Shown here in pieces: positions 37,341 through 50,599 of a DNA stretch of 64,000 nt. Origin of the DNA: Eledone cirrhosa. Lineage: Eukaryota. The position numbers were made by a program, and so were the translations under genes. The stretch is from NCBI GenBank assembly GCA_964016885.1, contig OZ024741.1, positions 140,182,001 through 140,246,000 of the forward strand, given 5' to 3'. Within the stretch, counting starts at the first letter, position 1; each line of letters begins with the position of its first letter. A model generated the notes under the pieces. That model saw only the letters and a list, made by a program, of their open reading frames with translations. It was not told where the DNA came from and searched no databases.

Positions 37341-39026
37341 AATATGTTTTGAAGAAGACTAGGAGCCTCTCGCTCTAGAAAAAATACTTTACTGGATGGT
37401 CATACACTCTCCTGAGTTTCCCGCGCTTTGACGGGTTTTATTTGTCATCCCGCAGGATGTCAAACATCACCCTCCTTACAAGAGTGGTAAGTTTGCCGGT
37501 TCAGTGGACGATGATTCGACCATTCACAGTTTGTACTGGATTAGATGATACCAGTAGCGCTGAAAAGCAACCTGATATAATCACACACACACACGCCCCC
37601 CCCCCCCTATATATATATATAGTTATATTTGGGAAGGGTCATATTGTTATAATTGCCTCGCTACATACATACATGCATACATTTAAAATCAGCTTGAGCA
37701 CGCTACTTTATTTTCAAACTTTCAATACTTGCCCCCGAAAATCGGTTAAAACAGAAACGGCGTCAACATTCGACCAAAATCTTATTGGAAAAATAGCTCG
37801 TGTTTGTGGTTTGCGGTTTCTTTAGTTGATCCCCAGCTCCACCACCATTGGCGAATAGTTTTCACCGTTTATATTCATTTACTCATTTCCTTTGGATAGC
37901 AGCTATGCTGGAATGTTCTCTTTAATAGTTCTAACAGGCTACATCGAGCCCCTAACTCATACAACACATTTCTCTTTTATTCGTTTTAGCGACGCCATAT
38001 TGACGGATTAAGCGAACATCGGAGGTTACTTTAGTTAGATATATTATTTATATTATTCGTGAATCAAATAGTCATATACATACACACACATACAGGTGCG
38101 CGAGCCCACGCATACACATGTCCCCTTTCACGGACACACATTAGCGCACGTACACACAATTGCCAAACCTACGCCATAAACAGTGTCTATCTGCGTGTGT
38201 GTTGTCTTTTGTGGCGTAATCGTTCACATGCTTTACACATGCACATTAGAAAAAGTGTTGCCATATGTTTAACTAAAGTCAGCACTTATGATTTTGAAAT
38301 AGTTTTAAAAATAATCAAGTATTTGGAGAGATTTAGCAATATATCTTTCACATTATGAAGCTGGTGCTTGGAACATATCATAGCAAATATTCTTATTTAG
38401 AATTATGATTTAAAAGTTTTATATAAATATAAGAGTTTAATGATTTCGTTAACATATTTCTGAACATATTGAATACTACGATGTTCTTTAGTTACACTAC
38501 TAACTTTCTCATTATGAAGCTGATATTTTCAGCATGACTTAAATAGTGTTTACCTAAAATTATGAAGGAGATATTTTATATAAATATAAAGAGCTTAAAT
38601 TAAACAGATTCATATTAGAGAACCATAAGTGGTTTCAAGTGGTTTAGTATCAAAAGTGTTAGATATCAGGTCCTCATATGTGCTGTAAAGAAGAGTCGGA
38701 GAATGGTAATACCTAAGATAGCAATACCAACGTCAACACCAAAGTCAACGAACGAAACAATTTTTTGAAACTAAAATACTCAATATTTCAAGAATTTGTT
38801 CACTGCACTAATGAATATGTTATTCTTGGCTAACAATATGAAACTTTATATAACCAACTAATGAATGCACACACACCGGTGAAATGGCGTGAGCCCAGTC
38901 GCTAGGCAGTAAACTTTCACTATATATACACTCTAATTTCCCCCAAATCGCGTACTTAAGTGAGCATGGTCTTTTTAGTCTAAACTGATAACTCTCAAGC
39001 CCGTTTTCTCTCTCTCTCTCGCTCCA

Positions 39027-39083
<57 letters not shown>

Positions 39084-39096
39084 CTCTCTCTCTCAG

Positions 39097-39179
<83 letters not shown>

Positions 39180-39337
39180 ATATATATGTATGTATATTTA
39201 TTAAATTAACAGATTAAAATTTAAGCGAAGAATCGTTGCTTTCACCCTTAACGGGATCTTCTGAAAAATATATATATAATATATATATTATCCTTATCGA
39301 GCCCTCTTAGGAATTTAGTCTTCACAGTTATTATTAC

Positions 39338-39423
<86 letters not shown>

Positions 39424-39606
39424 TTTGTGTGTGCGTTTGTGTGTGTGTGTGTGCGTTTGTGTGTGCGTTTGTGTGTGCGTGTGTGTGTAGTATAAGAACA
39501 GAGGAACAAAGAATAAGTGTTGCATCATACTTTATTCTTATACTATTATACTCTGCTCTACGCGAGCATCGAATGCTCACCTGGCAATTTTCTTGCACTT
39601 ATGCAC

Positions 39607-39641
<35 letters not shown>

Positions 39642-39786
39642 AGAGTATTGAAGTTTGTTTGAAGCATTGTGGAATAATAAGTAAATATCTTTAAGTCGTT
39701 TGGAAGCCTCGACAATGCAAATGGGTAAATCTACGGGTAACAAGATCGAGTGGTGGAGAGAGAGATGTAAGTGGGTGTACGTTGAG

Positions 39787-40278
39787 ATGCGTGGTGTGTA
39801 TAAGATGTGTAAGATGTGTAGAAGAATGAAGGGAAGAGTATAAAGGATAAAATTAAAATAACATCACAAGAGAGAGTTACCTTGGGAGAGATTTAATAGT
39901 CCCTATATATTTCGGATTCACATCCATCAACTGGCGGTTTTTTCCGGGGTGGGGGAAAGGTTGTCTGTCGGACAGGTGCGAAACGCGTCCTCCGCTGTTT
40001 GTTGTTTTGATATTCAAAACAACAAACAGCGGAGGACGCGTTTCGCACCTGTCCTTCAAAACAACAAACAGCGGAGGACGCGTTTCGCACCTGTCCGACA
40101 GACAACCTTTCCCCCACCCCGGAAAAAACCCCAGTTGATGGATGTGAATCCGAAATATATAGGGACTATTAAATCTCTCCCAAGGAAACTCTCTCTTGTG
40201 TTATTATTGTTAATGTATCCTTTATACTCTTCCCTTCATTCTTCTACACATCTTACACATCTTATACACACCACGCAT
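39787..40278. repeat. Fold-back (~225-bp arms, TAT loop) with a 42-bp direct duplication at the tip; pLTR-like sequence
   Basis: 39787-40010 vs the right arm ending at 40278; 40013-40054 equals 40055-40096. Confidence 0.9.
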
Positions 40279-40314
40279 TAAATATATTTATATATATATA
40301 TATATATATAAATA

Positions 40315-41185
40315 CGAGGTGTGTCAGAAAAGTTCCAGGACTGATGTCACAAAAGATATATTTCAAACCCAAACTTCACACTAAGAGTTTTCTCTGGAGT
40401 CTAATGCACTTTTCCATTCTTTTCTGCCACGCTTGCATGCGCTCCTAGAAGGATTCTTCTGGGATCCTCCGCAGTTCCGTCGTCATGGCCTTTTTGATGT
40501 CGTCCACGTCTTCAAAACTGGTCCCCTCCGGGTCGTATTCGAAGATCCATGATGACTATCCCTAGCAAGTCTGGTTCGGTTTCAAGACGCTCGAGGATGT
40601 CCTAGCACACTAGCATGAGTCGACCCTTCTGGTCATCGTTCAGCAGTTTTGGCACCATCTTCGCGCAGACTTTCCGCATGTCCAAATCTTCAGTGAGAAT
40701 CTTCCAGACGCTGTCCCGATTCATGCCCAGCTTATTTGCCATCAGTCGAACAATCAGCCGACGATCGCTACGCACCATCTGCCTGACGCGCTCAACGTTG
40801 ACATCAGTCCTGGTTGTTGAGGGCCTTCCGCTCCTGGGGTCATCTTACACGTCCTCACGTCCTTCTTTAAACCTCTTGCACCACTGAAAGACACGTGAGC
40901 GTGACATCGTCTCATCTCCATACACTTGCTGCAGCAATCCCAGTGCTTCTGACGGAGTTTTCCCCAACCGTACCAGAAACTTCAAGTTCGTTATTTGCTT
41001 GACGAGCTGAAACAGAGGACATGTATATAAAATTATGAAGAAAAAGTTTGATCGCTCCAGAGAGCTAAGATTACAGTTACATACTCCAGGGAGATTACTT
41101 TGAAGCAGAAAACTCTTAGTGTGAAGTTTGGGTTTGAAATAAATCTTTTGTGACATCAGTCGTGGAACTTTTCTGACACACTTCG
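40315..41185 (-). mobile_element. Internally deleted mariner with ~80-bp TIRs and TA target duplication
   Basis: TA|CGAGGTGTGTCAGAAAAGTTCC ... GGAACTTTTCTGACACACTTCG|TA; minus frame has HTH KFLVRLGKTPSE...WCKRFKEGRED, RSGRPS, KVCAKMVPKLL, then jumps to FEDVDDIKKA...WQKRMEKCI; catalytic DD-D region missing. Confidence 0.93.
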
Positions 41186-41200
41186 TATATATATATATAT

Positions 41201-41249
<49 letters not shown>

Positions 41250-41414
41250 TAAACGTGAAGAATAAATAGTCAAATGTACCTAATTAGCCTTTTATATATA
41301 TATATATATAAAGATTAGACTCTTTTCCTGCTATTTCAAGCGTGAACCTAATATCTCTTCTATGTACTGTGTCGTTTGCTTTGTTATTTCTGTTCATCTT
41401 TTAACCCCCCCCCC

Positions 41415-41462
<48 letters not shown>

Positions 41463-41483
41463 CTCTGTGTGTATGGGTGTGTC

Positions 41484-41543
<60 letters not shown>

Positions 41544-42029
41544 AAAAGAGTCAGGACGCCTGGGACCTAACTCTTTTCATATTAACCACTCTACTACCCT
41601 ATTGAGTAGTCTGGTCCACCGGGTATCTTACCACACCCTCTTTGCTCTCTCTCTATATATATAAATGGTTATTAATCAATATAAAATATGTCTGATGAAA
41701 GCAAATCAACCTCTCTGACAGGTGTTTGCAATACTATTCATATAACATCCATTCGTAGTACGTTCGCCATAGAGTGTAAACGAATTAGCAAGTAGCGTAG
41801 TTGTATTAGCACGACTGCATTAGTTCACTACTTGGAGAGTACGTAAATATTCTTAGAGTTAATTAATTTTTAGCCTGAAGCACTTTGCTGCAGATTCTAA
41901 TTCCTCATTCAAGGAACTCATCTGCTATTGCATGAAAGGCATTTGAATGATGTGTGGGACATGAAACTACATAGAAATATATAAGCTAACTACAATTATA
42001 TTACATTTATTTAATTACATAAATAGTTC

Positions 42030-42500
42030 GTGAAGGTGCGTGGATTAGGCTAGTGTGTTCTCTCTAAGACGTAGATTTTATTGCCGATCGCATGTTGAGT
42101 ATTTCACATTTCTCATATCTATTTAGTAGGAGAAAATAAATAGTCGTACTTGTAATTTAAAGAGGTGGCCAAGCTCGTCACACACTATGCCATGCTGGAT
42201 TTCCTTGAGAAGAATAATTGTTTCTACTTTAGGCACAAGGCCAGCAATTAACCAGTACATTACTGGTACTTTATTTTGTTGACCCCGTAAGGATGAAAGG
42301 CAAAGTTAACCTCGGCGGGATTTGAACTCGGACTGTAAAGGGACGTAACTATGCTAGAAAGTATGGCGTCCAACCCTCTACTGATACTGCCAATTCACTT
42401 GAGAAGAATAATAAAAGAGCACGTACCTTTAAAATGTCCAATCATTTGCATGTTGCTTCCATGAGCACGTTGACTGGTTTCACTAACAGGCGATAGATCA
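42030..42500 (+). mobile_element. Old SINE family B interrupted by a family A copy
   Basis: GAAGGTGCGTGG.TTAG head, GTCACACACTATGCCATGCTGGATTTCCTTGAGAA; continues after 42412. Confidence 0.55.
42219..42397 (-). mobile_element. SINE family A with 15-bp target-site duplication
   Basis: CTTGAGAAGAATAAT at 42204-42218 and 42398-42412. Confidence 0.88.
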
Positions 42501-42929
42501 ATTCTGCATATTCTAGTTCTTAAAAAAGAGAAAAAAACATGTTAATATTGAATGCAATATGTTGTCATCAATCTTGTGTCAAAAATATGTAAATAAAGAC
42601 AAAACCCGACACAGATATATGATGTCCAGTTGTTTCAGTCATTAGACGGCTGCCACTCTAAGGAAAAACGTTGGTTCAATCGAGCATATCGAACCTAACA
42701 ATTATTCTTTTAATTCTCATGTAGAACTAATTTTGTTTTCTGCCTGAACGGAGTGGAAAAACAGGAAATAAATTCCGCTGCACAAGGCAACGGGAGCAAT
42801 CAAACACACAAATTATCGATGGTAAAACGAACTTGGTAACCACATCACCTTCACACATGTACATGTAATCGTTAAACGACAGCTCATCATCGAAATATAT
42901 ACATACCATTTCTTGATTTACTCATTCTC

Positions 42930-43110
42930 CTATATCTTTGTATTTCATCTTTTATTTCTCATTCTATCCCCCGATGAAGGATTAACGCTGAGACATTAAG
43001 ACTCTTTCCCACAATATCAAGCGTTAAACTAATATATATCTTCATTGTACTTTATTGTTGGATTTGTTGTTTCCCGTTTAATTTTCCCAAGCATACAACG
43101 ATACAAACTT
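42930..43110 (+). mobile_element. Old pLTR fragment (9.7/19.6/52.8 kb type) with degenerate HHR
   Basis: CCGATGA-AGGATTAACGCT-GAGAC...AAGCGTTAAACTAATA parallels AAGCGTGAACCTAATA at ~9752 and AAGCGTGAACCCAATA at ~52853. Confidence 0.5.
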
Positions 43111-43151
43111 TCAAACACACATACACACACCACACACTCATACACACACAC

Positions 43152-43206
<55 letters not shown>

Positions 43207-43512
43207 TGTATGTGTGTGTGTGTGTATGTGTGTGTGTATGTGTGTATGTGTATGTGTGTGTGTATTATATGTAAACATCGATCTCTGAAGATGTAAAAAT
43301 ATTTTTTTATAAGTTGCTCTAAGACGGTTACAATTGCTGGAGAATTAAGTCGGAGGTTATACACAAGCTATTGTTGTGGAAACCATCTCACGGGAGATGC
43401 AGTAGATGAAGAACTGCTCCAACATTCATCGATCAAATCTTAGACGATAAAAATCTGAGTCGGGAGAACTAGAAAATCGAGAATTCTTGACCGATTTAGT
43501 CAGGAATGTTCG

Positions 43513-43593
<81 letters not shown>

Positions 43594-43691
43594 CATATAT
43601 ATATATATATATATATGTGTATATAGGAATATAGTCAGGAATTTTCGCAATATGGATATATATATATACCTATACATACACGCACACACAC

Positions 43692-43731
<40 letters not shown>

Positions 43732-43799
43732 CTGTCGCCATTTCTATATTTTTTTTGTTTTCCCTCTTTTGTGTTTATCTCGCTCTCTCTCACCGACTT

Positions 43800-43867
<68 letters not shown>

Positions 43868-44114
43868 ACATACTAATAACAAATGATTCTTTGACTGCCC
43901 AGCACCACACTTAATACATCAATCCTCCTATACCCTAATTAGATAGACGAAAGACATTAAAACCAGTACTACACGATATATTTACTGGTGCGATTACATG
44001 GATATTTTTTAACACAATAGTAATTTGATCTGTATAAAATTAATTTTTATGCACTATTGAATCTGATAGATGCCTTGCCTGTTCAATTGCCTACCGCCAC
44101 ATTTTTCAAACATT

Positions 44115-44327
44115 ACAGCTCTTTCCAATGACAGATTATACATTAAATGGAAAAACAAAAAAAAACGCACAACATATTTATTTTTGTACATGTTATCGAT
44201 CAGCACATCGTAGAAAAAAAAATACACTGCCCCGCTCTGAATAAAAGTACATTTCAAGAGAAACGAATGGTAGTACATACATGTTACGTGTATGGAACTT
44301 TATTTATGCTATATAAAAATATATAAG

Positions 44328-44413
<86 letters not shown>

Positions 44414-44636
44414 TATATATTTACTTATATATTTTTATATAGCATAAATAAAGTTCCATACACGTAACATGTATGTACTACCATTCGTTTCTCTTGAAAT
44501 GTACTTTTATTCAGAGCGGGGCAGTGCATTTTTTTTTCTACGATGTGCTGATCGATAACATGTACAAAAATAAATATGTTGTGCGTTTTTTTTTGTTTTT
44601 CGATTTAATGTATAATCTGTCATTGGAAAGAGCTGT
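44115..44636. repeat. Inverted duplication (~225-bp arms) centred on a (TA)n tract
   Basis: Mirror ORFs 44054-44278 - and 44473-44655 +; about two substitutions visible between arms. Confidence 0.92.
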
Positions 44637-46020
44637 CTATAGAATCGCCAGATAAAATATATACCGTTTCCTCTCCCAATTAGTATAATTAACCATATAA
44701 AAAATCAATTAGACCACGCTATAAGAATAAAGGCTCCTATGAAGAAATCTCCGACAAATAACCGAAAGCAGCCCCTTCGCGGCGGTTACGATGGATTATT
44801 TATCGAATATTTCTACAGCATGTATAAATCGACCAGGTATACAGTCAACTAAACAGAATTAGGTGTAAAATAAACTAGAAGAAAGTGTACATATTTAATT
44901 ACCTCTACCATGGTTTCATCCGCATTTTAAGACATTCGATAACATTGGAAATCTAGAGCTTCGGATCCTTCAGGAAGTTAGCTCAAATTTAGACAATTAA
45001 TTTTCCAAAGTGATCGCGCAAAGAATACATTCAAAAATGGCTAAGAATCGTGACGTGGCAGCGGTCAAGTTAGAAAGGATGTGATTAGTTGCTTACGGCT
45101 GGTAGGCTTTTTGCTAGAAAGCGCAGCCCAATACAGCCAAAATTGTATCTCAACCTAACGGAAGATTATTACATATAAAGGTTTACATATATATATATAT
45201 AAAGTCATACATATATATGTGTTTTGCAACGGGTCACGTTGTGGCTCAATGAAGAATTAATAAATTAAATAATTAGAGCTATATATCATAAAACATGTCT
45301 ATAGAATCGTCAGATAAAATATATACCGTTTCCTCTCCCAATTAGTATAATTAACCATATAAAAAATCAATTAGACCAAGCTATAAGAATAAAGGCTCCT
45401 ATGAAGAAATCTCCTACAAATAACCGAAAGCAGCCCCTTCGCGGCGGTTACGACGGATTATTTATGGAATATTTCTACAGCATGTATAAATCGACCAGAT
45501 ATACAGTCAACTAAATAGAATTAGGTGTAAAATATACTAGAAGAAAGTGTACATATTTAATTACCTCTACCATGGTTTCCTCCGCATTTTAAGACATCCG
45601 ATAACATTGGAAATCTAGAGCTTCGGATTTCCAATGTTATCGGATGTCTTAAAATACGGATGAAACCATGGTAGAGGTAATTAAATATGTACACTTTCTT
45701 CTAGTTTATTTCACACCTAATTCTGTTTAGTTGACTGTATATCTGGTCGATTTATACATGCTGTAGAAATATTCCATAAATAATCCGTCCTAACCGCCGC
45801 GAAGGGGCTGCTTTCGGTTATTTGTCGGAGATTTCTTCATAGGAGCCTTTATTCTTATAGCTTGGTCTAATTGATTTTTTATATGGTTAATTATACTAAT
45901 TGGGAGAGGAAACGGTATATATTTTATCTGGCGATTCTATAGACATGTTTTATGATATATAGCTCTGATTATTTAATTTATTAATTCTTCATTGAGCCAC
46001 AAAGTGTTCCGTTGCAAAAC
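44634..46020 (-). mobile_element. pLTR-like non-coding element: tandem copies (662-bp period) followed by a ~390-bp fold-back
   Basis: 44634-44966 recurs at 45296-45628; ~45626-46020 is the reverse complement of ~45225-45613; HHR at 44901-44978. Confidence 0.85.
44901..44978 (-). ncRNA. Type I hammerhead with large stem II loop, A9G variant
   Basis: Minus ACTTC-CTGAAGG-ATCCG(39 nt)CGGAT-GAAAC CATG GTA-GAGGT. Confidence 0.7.
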
Positions 46021-46032
46021 ACATATATTTAT

Positions 46033-46106
<74 letters not shown>

Positions 46107-46170
46107 ATGTGTGTGTGTATGTGTGTGTGAGAGAGTGTGTGTGAGTGTGTGTGTAGCATACATATGTATA

Positions 46171-46201
<31 letters not shown>

Positions 46202-46221
46202 GTGTATGTATATATATTAAT

Positions 46222-46388
46222 AATAATTGTTTCTACTTTTGGCACTAAGCCTACTGGTATTTTATTTTATAGACCCCGTAAGGATGAAAAGCAAAGTTTA
46301 CCTCGGCGGGATTGAACTCAACCCGAAAAGGGACGTAAGTCTATGCTGGAAACCATGGCGTCCGGTTATCCACCGACACGGCCAATCC
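46222..46388 (-). mobile_element. SINE family A
   Basis: GACCCCGTAAGGATGAAAAGCAAAGTTTACCTCGGCGGGATTGAACTC. Confidence 0.82.
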
Positions 46389-47266
46389 TTCTGTCTCTTT
46401 CATCCTTTCTCTCTGTCTTCTTTCTATGACACTCCAACCGCATAAGAACACTTGTAACACCTATATAGAGAGATGGTATCACAATAATAAAACAATGGTC
46501 AACAAAGGCCGCATCTCTATAAGGAGAAACTATCTGTGGTCGAAAACTGCTATTGGGACAAAAAACATGTTCAACTGTATTCTACTTAGATTTACTTATT
46601 TATTTACCTACATTTATTTATATATATTCTGCAGTATATTGTATTTCACTCTTCTACTTCACTGTAATGAGTATTTTATTTCTAATCGGGTTTTCTTAAT
46701 TTTTCTGGAAAATAATTTCAGAAAAATATTGATATTTTACTCAATCCATTTTGTTAATCTGAAAAGTTTATCTTCACCCGACTGAAGGAGATAAGTAGAA
46801 TCATTCTCAATCAAATCAATCTCCTATATATTCTTAAGTTTCAATCAATAGGCATTTTTCCGACTTTCTTTCTCTTTGTAAATCAGTGGAAATTGCATGT
46901 GCTGACGTCTTATCAATCAGTACGTACAGAACTTGCCCTGAATAACCAACCGACTAAGTACACCCTGTCAGATATTACACATAAATAAAGTGATGCAGTT
47001 ACTTGCTCTTTCATTCTTTGTTGATTGCCATCTACTTCGATCTGTTTTCTATCTATATTTTTATTTATTTATTTGTATGTATTTTCTGACTGAATGACTA
47101 TGTGTTTTAATGGAATTTCTGCTACGAATAGTAAATTGAAGATTCTGGAACGCCTCAAGTTTTATCCTGTGAGACAGACAGTCTCTATTTTTCTTAGTCT
47201 AAGCTGACTGCATTTTGTAGCTCCATCTCATCATCATCTACCTTTATATAGATATATACGTATATA

Positions 47267-47314
<48 letters not shown>

Positions 47315-47699
47315 GTGTATATATATATATATATATATGCATATGAATATATATATATATGTATATATACACACACATATATATATAAGTGAATATATTT
47401 ATACATGTACGTCAATACTCATCTTTTTCCATTTATCTGAGGGTTCTAAACCCCATTATCAGACTAAAATTTCTTTAGTAAAAAAAATAAGGTGAAAACT
47501 ATTCTATTTTCTATTTTCAAACCTGCTCACTGTTTCAAAACATATATATATATATTTGCATATATGTATTATACTTGGGGAGGTTCATATTTGTGTAATA
47601 ATATTCCCAGAATTAATAACAGAACACACTTACTGTTTGGTTGGTTTTCGCTTCTGTGTCTTTTATATCGGTTAATTTAATTTATTCGGTCCTCAATAT

Positions 47700-49375
47700 T
47701 TACCATTGACTGACCAACGGTCAAAAATACAGATATAATATAGACACAAACAGATATGTATAGTCTAACAAAGTTCTATCGTTGCACATCTGCAACACCG
47801 TCAGTGATGCTATTATGTTTCCTCCTGTTGTATTGTATGCCTACGCCATCTTTATTTAGTCTGTTTATTTATTTATTTATTTATTTTTGTCTTCTTCTCT
47901 GCACATGCGTTTGCGTGTGTGTATAGTATTTGGGTGACTGTGTATTGGTTCTAGTATTCTATCTTAGTTTACTAGCGTGTGTTTATATGCGTTTGTTGTT
48001 ATTGTGTTTGTGTATGTATTTATTTATTTTTATTTATTTATTTATACTTCGCTTAGGTCAGTATTGTTTGTTTGGGTGTTGTTATTCCATTCATTTTTCT
48101 GTTTAGCCTTGGCCTTCTAAGTTCTATTTCGCTGGCCTCTCTGATTTGCCTATCTGCTGGGTCATTTCTATGTTTAGATATTATTTTAATTCCTATGTTG
48201 TCTATGTTACCGTCGTGTTGTTGTCTGGCAGGTACGTTTAGTACTGAACCGTTTTTTCGTCCTTTTAGTTCCCCCTAGTGTTGGTCTATCCTTTCACCTA
48301 TGCTACGAGCTGTCTCGCCTATGTATGTTGTTGTCATGTTTCTGCAAGTACCCTCTGTACATCTTATGCTATAGACTACGTTTCTAGTCTTTACATATAA
48401 TACATTTCCTATTAGTATAGTAGGTTTTTTTAAAAGGGTAGGTTTTGCTGATCGGGGATTTTATGGTGGTTCCTGGCTTTTCTGCTACCTGGATCTTTAA
48501 GTGGGTCTTTCTCAGGGCCTTCTACACTGGTTAGCTAATTTCCCTCCAGGGGTAGCATCCACAAACATGACACTCTGGTATCTCTGGTTGTCGTACCATG
48601 AGGTGGCTTTCCCTATCTTATATCTAGTCCTATCTAAGCTATTCCATTATTTGTCCCCGTATAATTCCTTTCATGTCCAGCTCTATAAGGATTTTATACT
48701 TCTCCGTGGCTCCTTCGTATACTCTGATTCTGTCTCTTTGGTTGTAGCCAGAGAACTGCATACAGTTGATGAAGTGTTGGATGTGTCTTTCCATTTCTGT
48801 TGGGTCGCACATGCGAGACACGTTCTTCATCACTCGTACCAAGTCTGCGATCAGAATATTAAACTTACCAATACTGGACATTGCTGAAATTGTGAGTATC
48901 ATGTATTTGGAGGCCATGGGTTTAGCGTAGTGTGAGTGGAGAATTTGGACTCTCTCGTCTATAGTGTTAATCCAGAGTTCCGTGTCTAATACAGGTAGTC
49001 TATTATTAGGGTGTTTGGAAGACTAGTCGATAGTTAGAGTTATACTCTGGTGTATGGAATTAGCTATCTGCTGGATGCTTTCCATTGTGCTACGTTCTAA
49101 ATAAAAGTTGTTAGTACTCTCTTGTGGGGATGTCCTTATTACTATATTGATGTTGTCTACGTAACGAGAGTACATGATGAGGTCTATGGAGCTCTCATCA
49201 AGGAGATCTTTGAGTCTACTTTCCCATCATACCATAAAAAGTTTGGCAACGTCACCAGCTATGCTGACGCCAATTGCTGGTCCCTCATTTTGAGTGTAGA
49301 TCTTCTCGTTGAATTTGAATATGTGGCCCTTTAATACTAGCCCTATTGCATGTGCGACCATTTTTCTTACGTGAT
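47700..49375 (-). mobile_element. Decayed PLE of another family (RT core to GIY-YIG plus 3' UTR)
   Basis: Minus frames PAIGVSIAGDVAKLFMVW, YSRYVDNINI, LPVLDTELW, HYAKPMASK...SAM, FSGY, RNVVYSIRC...TYIGETARSIGERIDQH, RQIREASEI...PRLN; 5' end in long (TA)n. The 3' boundary is uncertain. Confidence 0.85.
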
Positions 49376-49428
49376 ACATTCACATATATATATGGTATAT
49401 ATATATATGTGAATATGTATATATATAT

Positions 49429-49569
<141 letters not shown>

Positions 49570-49799
49570 GTATGCATATAAATATATATATATATATACG
49601 TATATGTACATATATATATGCTTAAATATATTCAAACGTATATATATACATATATCGATACATATATCTGAATAGTTTGTACATTTACCTTACTATTGTT
49701 TCACCAACTTGAGGACTCGATACATAGGTGGGTCCGGTTTAGTATATTGTGTGGTTTTGTACATTTGGTATTATTCCTTTATAAGCAGAGTGTTATTAA

Positions 49800-49950
49800 C
49801 AATAATTGTTTCTACTTTAAGCACAAGGCCAGCATTACCCAGTGCATTACTGGTACTTTATTTTATCGACCCCGTAAGGATGAAAGGCAAAATCAACCTC
49901 GGCGGGATTTGAACTCAGATCGTAAAGGGACGTAACTATGCTGGAAAGCA
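49800..49950 (-). mobile_element. SINE family A
   Basis: CGACCCCGTAAGGATGAAAGGCAAAATCAACCTCGGCGGGATTTGAACTCAG. Confidence 0.85.
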
Positions 49951-50599
49951 TAATACTAATGAGTAGGAACGAGGGGTGAAAATATCATTATTAAATTTAT
50001 TCAGTTGTTACGCACGTTTCGCGATTGATCTGCTCAAGGTACGATCAGCATCGATCGGGCCCGACTCTGGAATTAATAGCTCCTTACATAAGGAATCCAC
50101 GAGTGTGAGAATTGGATGTATATGGGGGGGGGTGTTAATGTTTGTGTGAGTGACGGAGTGTTGATGAAGATTTAAAGGAATTAAAGCATACACACACACA
50201 CACACACACATAAAATGGTGAATGTTGACAGCAAGATAATGGGATGGGACTATTTAAGAATGGGGCTGTAAAAGTGCATTCCTGCTGGTTCCATTTCAAT
50301 ATATGACCTTTGATGAATATAATGGCAGGATGTTTTTCAAATTCGTTTCTTATAACTGAATCAACGCTCTTAAATTTTGAAAAATACCTTCAACAATTTT
50401 CTATATTAAAGATGAATTTAGGTGTGTGTCTGATGGTGGTGGTGGTGGGGGTGGTTAATGAGGTGTAACATACTTGTCCTTTGATAAGAATGGGATGACA
50501 GCAAAGAAAAGAATAAGGATAGTTTTGGAATATTTGTCATCTTTAATATAGAAAATCTACAGTCTCCAAATAAGGATGTGAAAGACTACGCCAGGTGGT

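Noticed and set aside
39975-39995. GAAACGCGTC, a classic HHR stem III string
   Set aside because: No CUGANGA core or stem II upstream.
40128-40165. HHR-like CAGTTGA-T-GGATGTGAATCC-GAAATATATA (mirror at ~39900-39935)
   Set aside because: Two changes at invariant core positions in both arms; at most a relic.
46450-46545. Long helix followed by GAAAC..GTC
   Set aside because: No acceptable 5' core or stem I.
47430-47465. Minus CTGATAA-TGGGGTTTAGAACCCT near the PLE 3' side
   Set aside because: GAAA and stems I/III missing.
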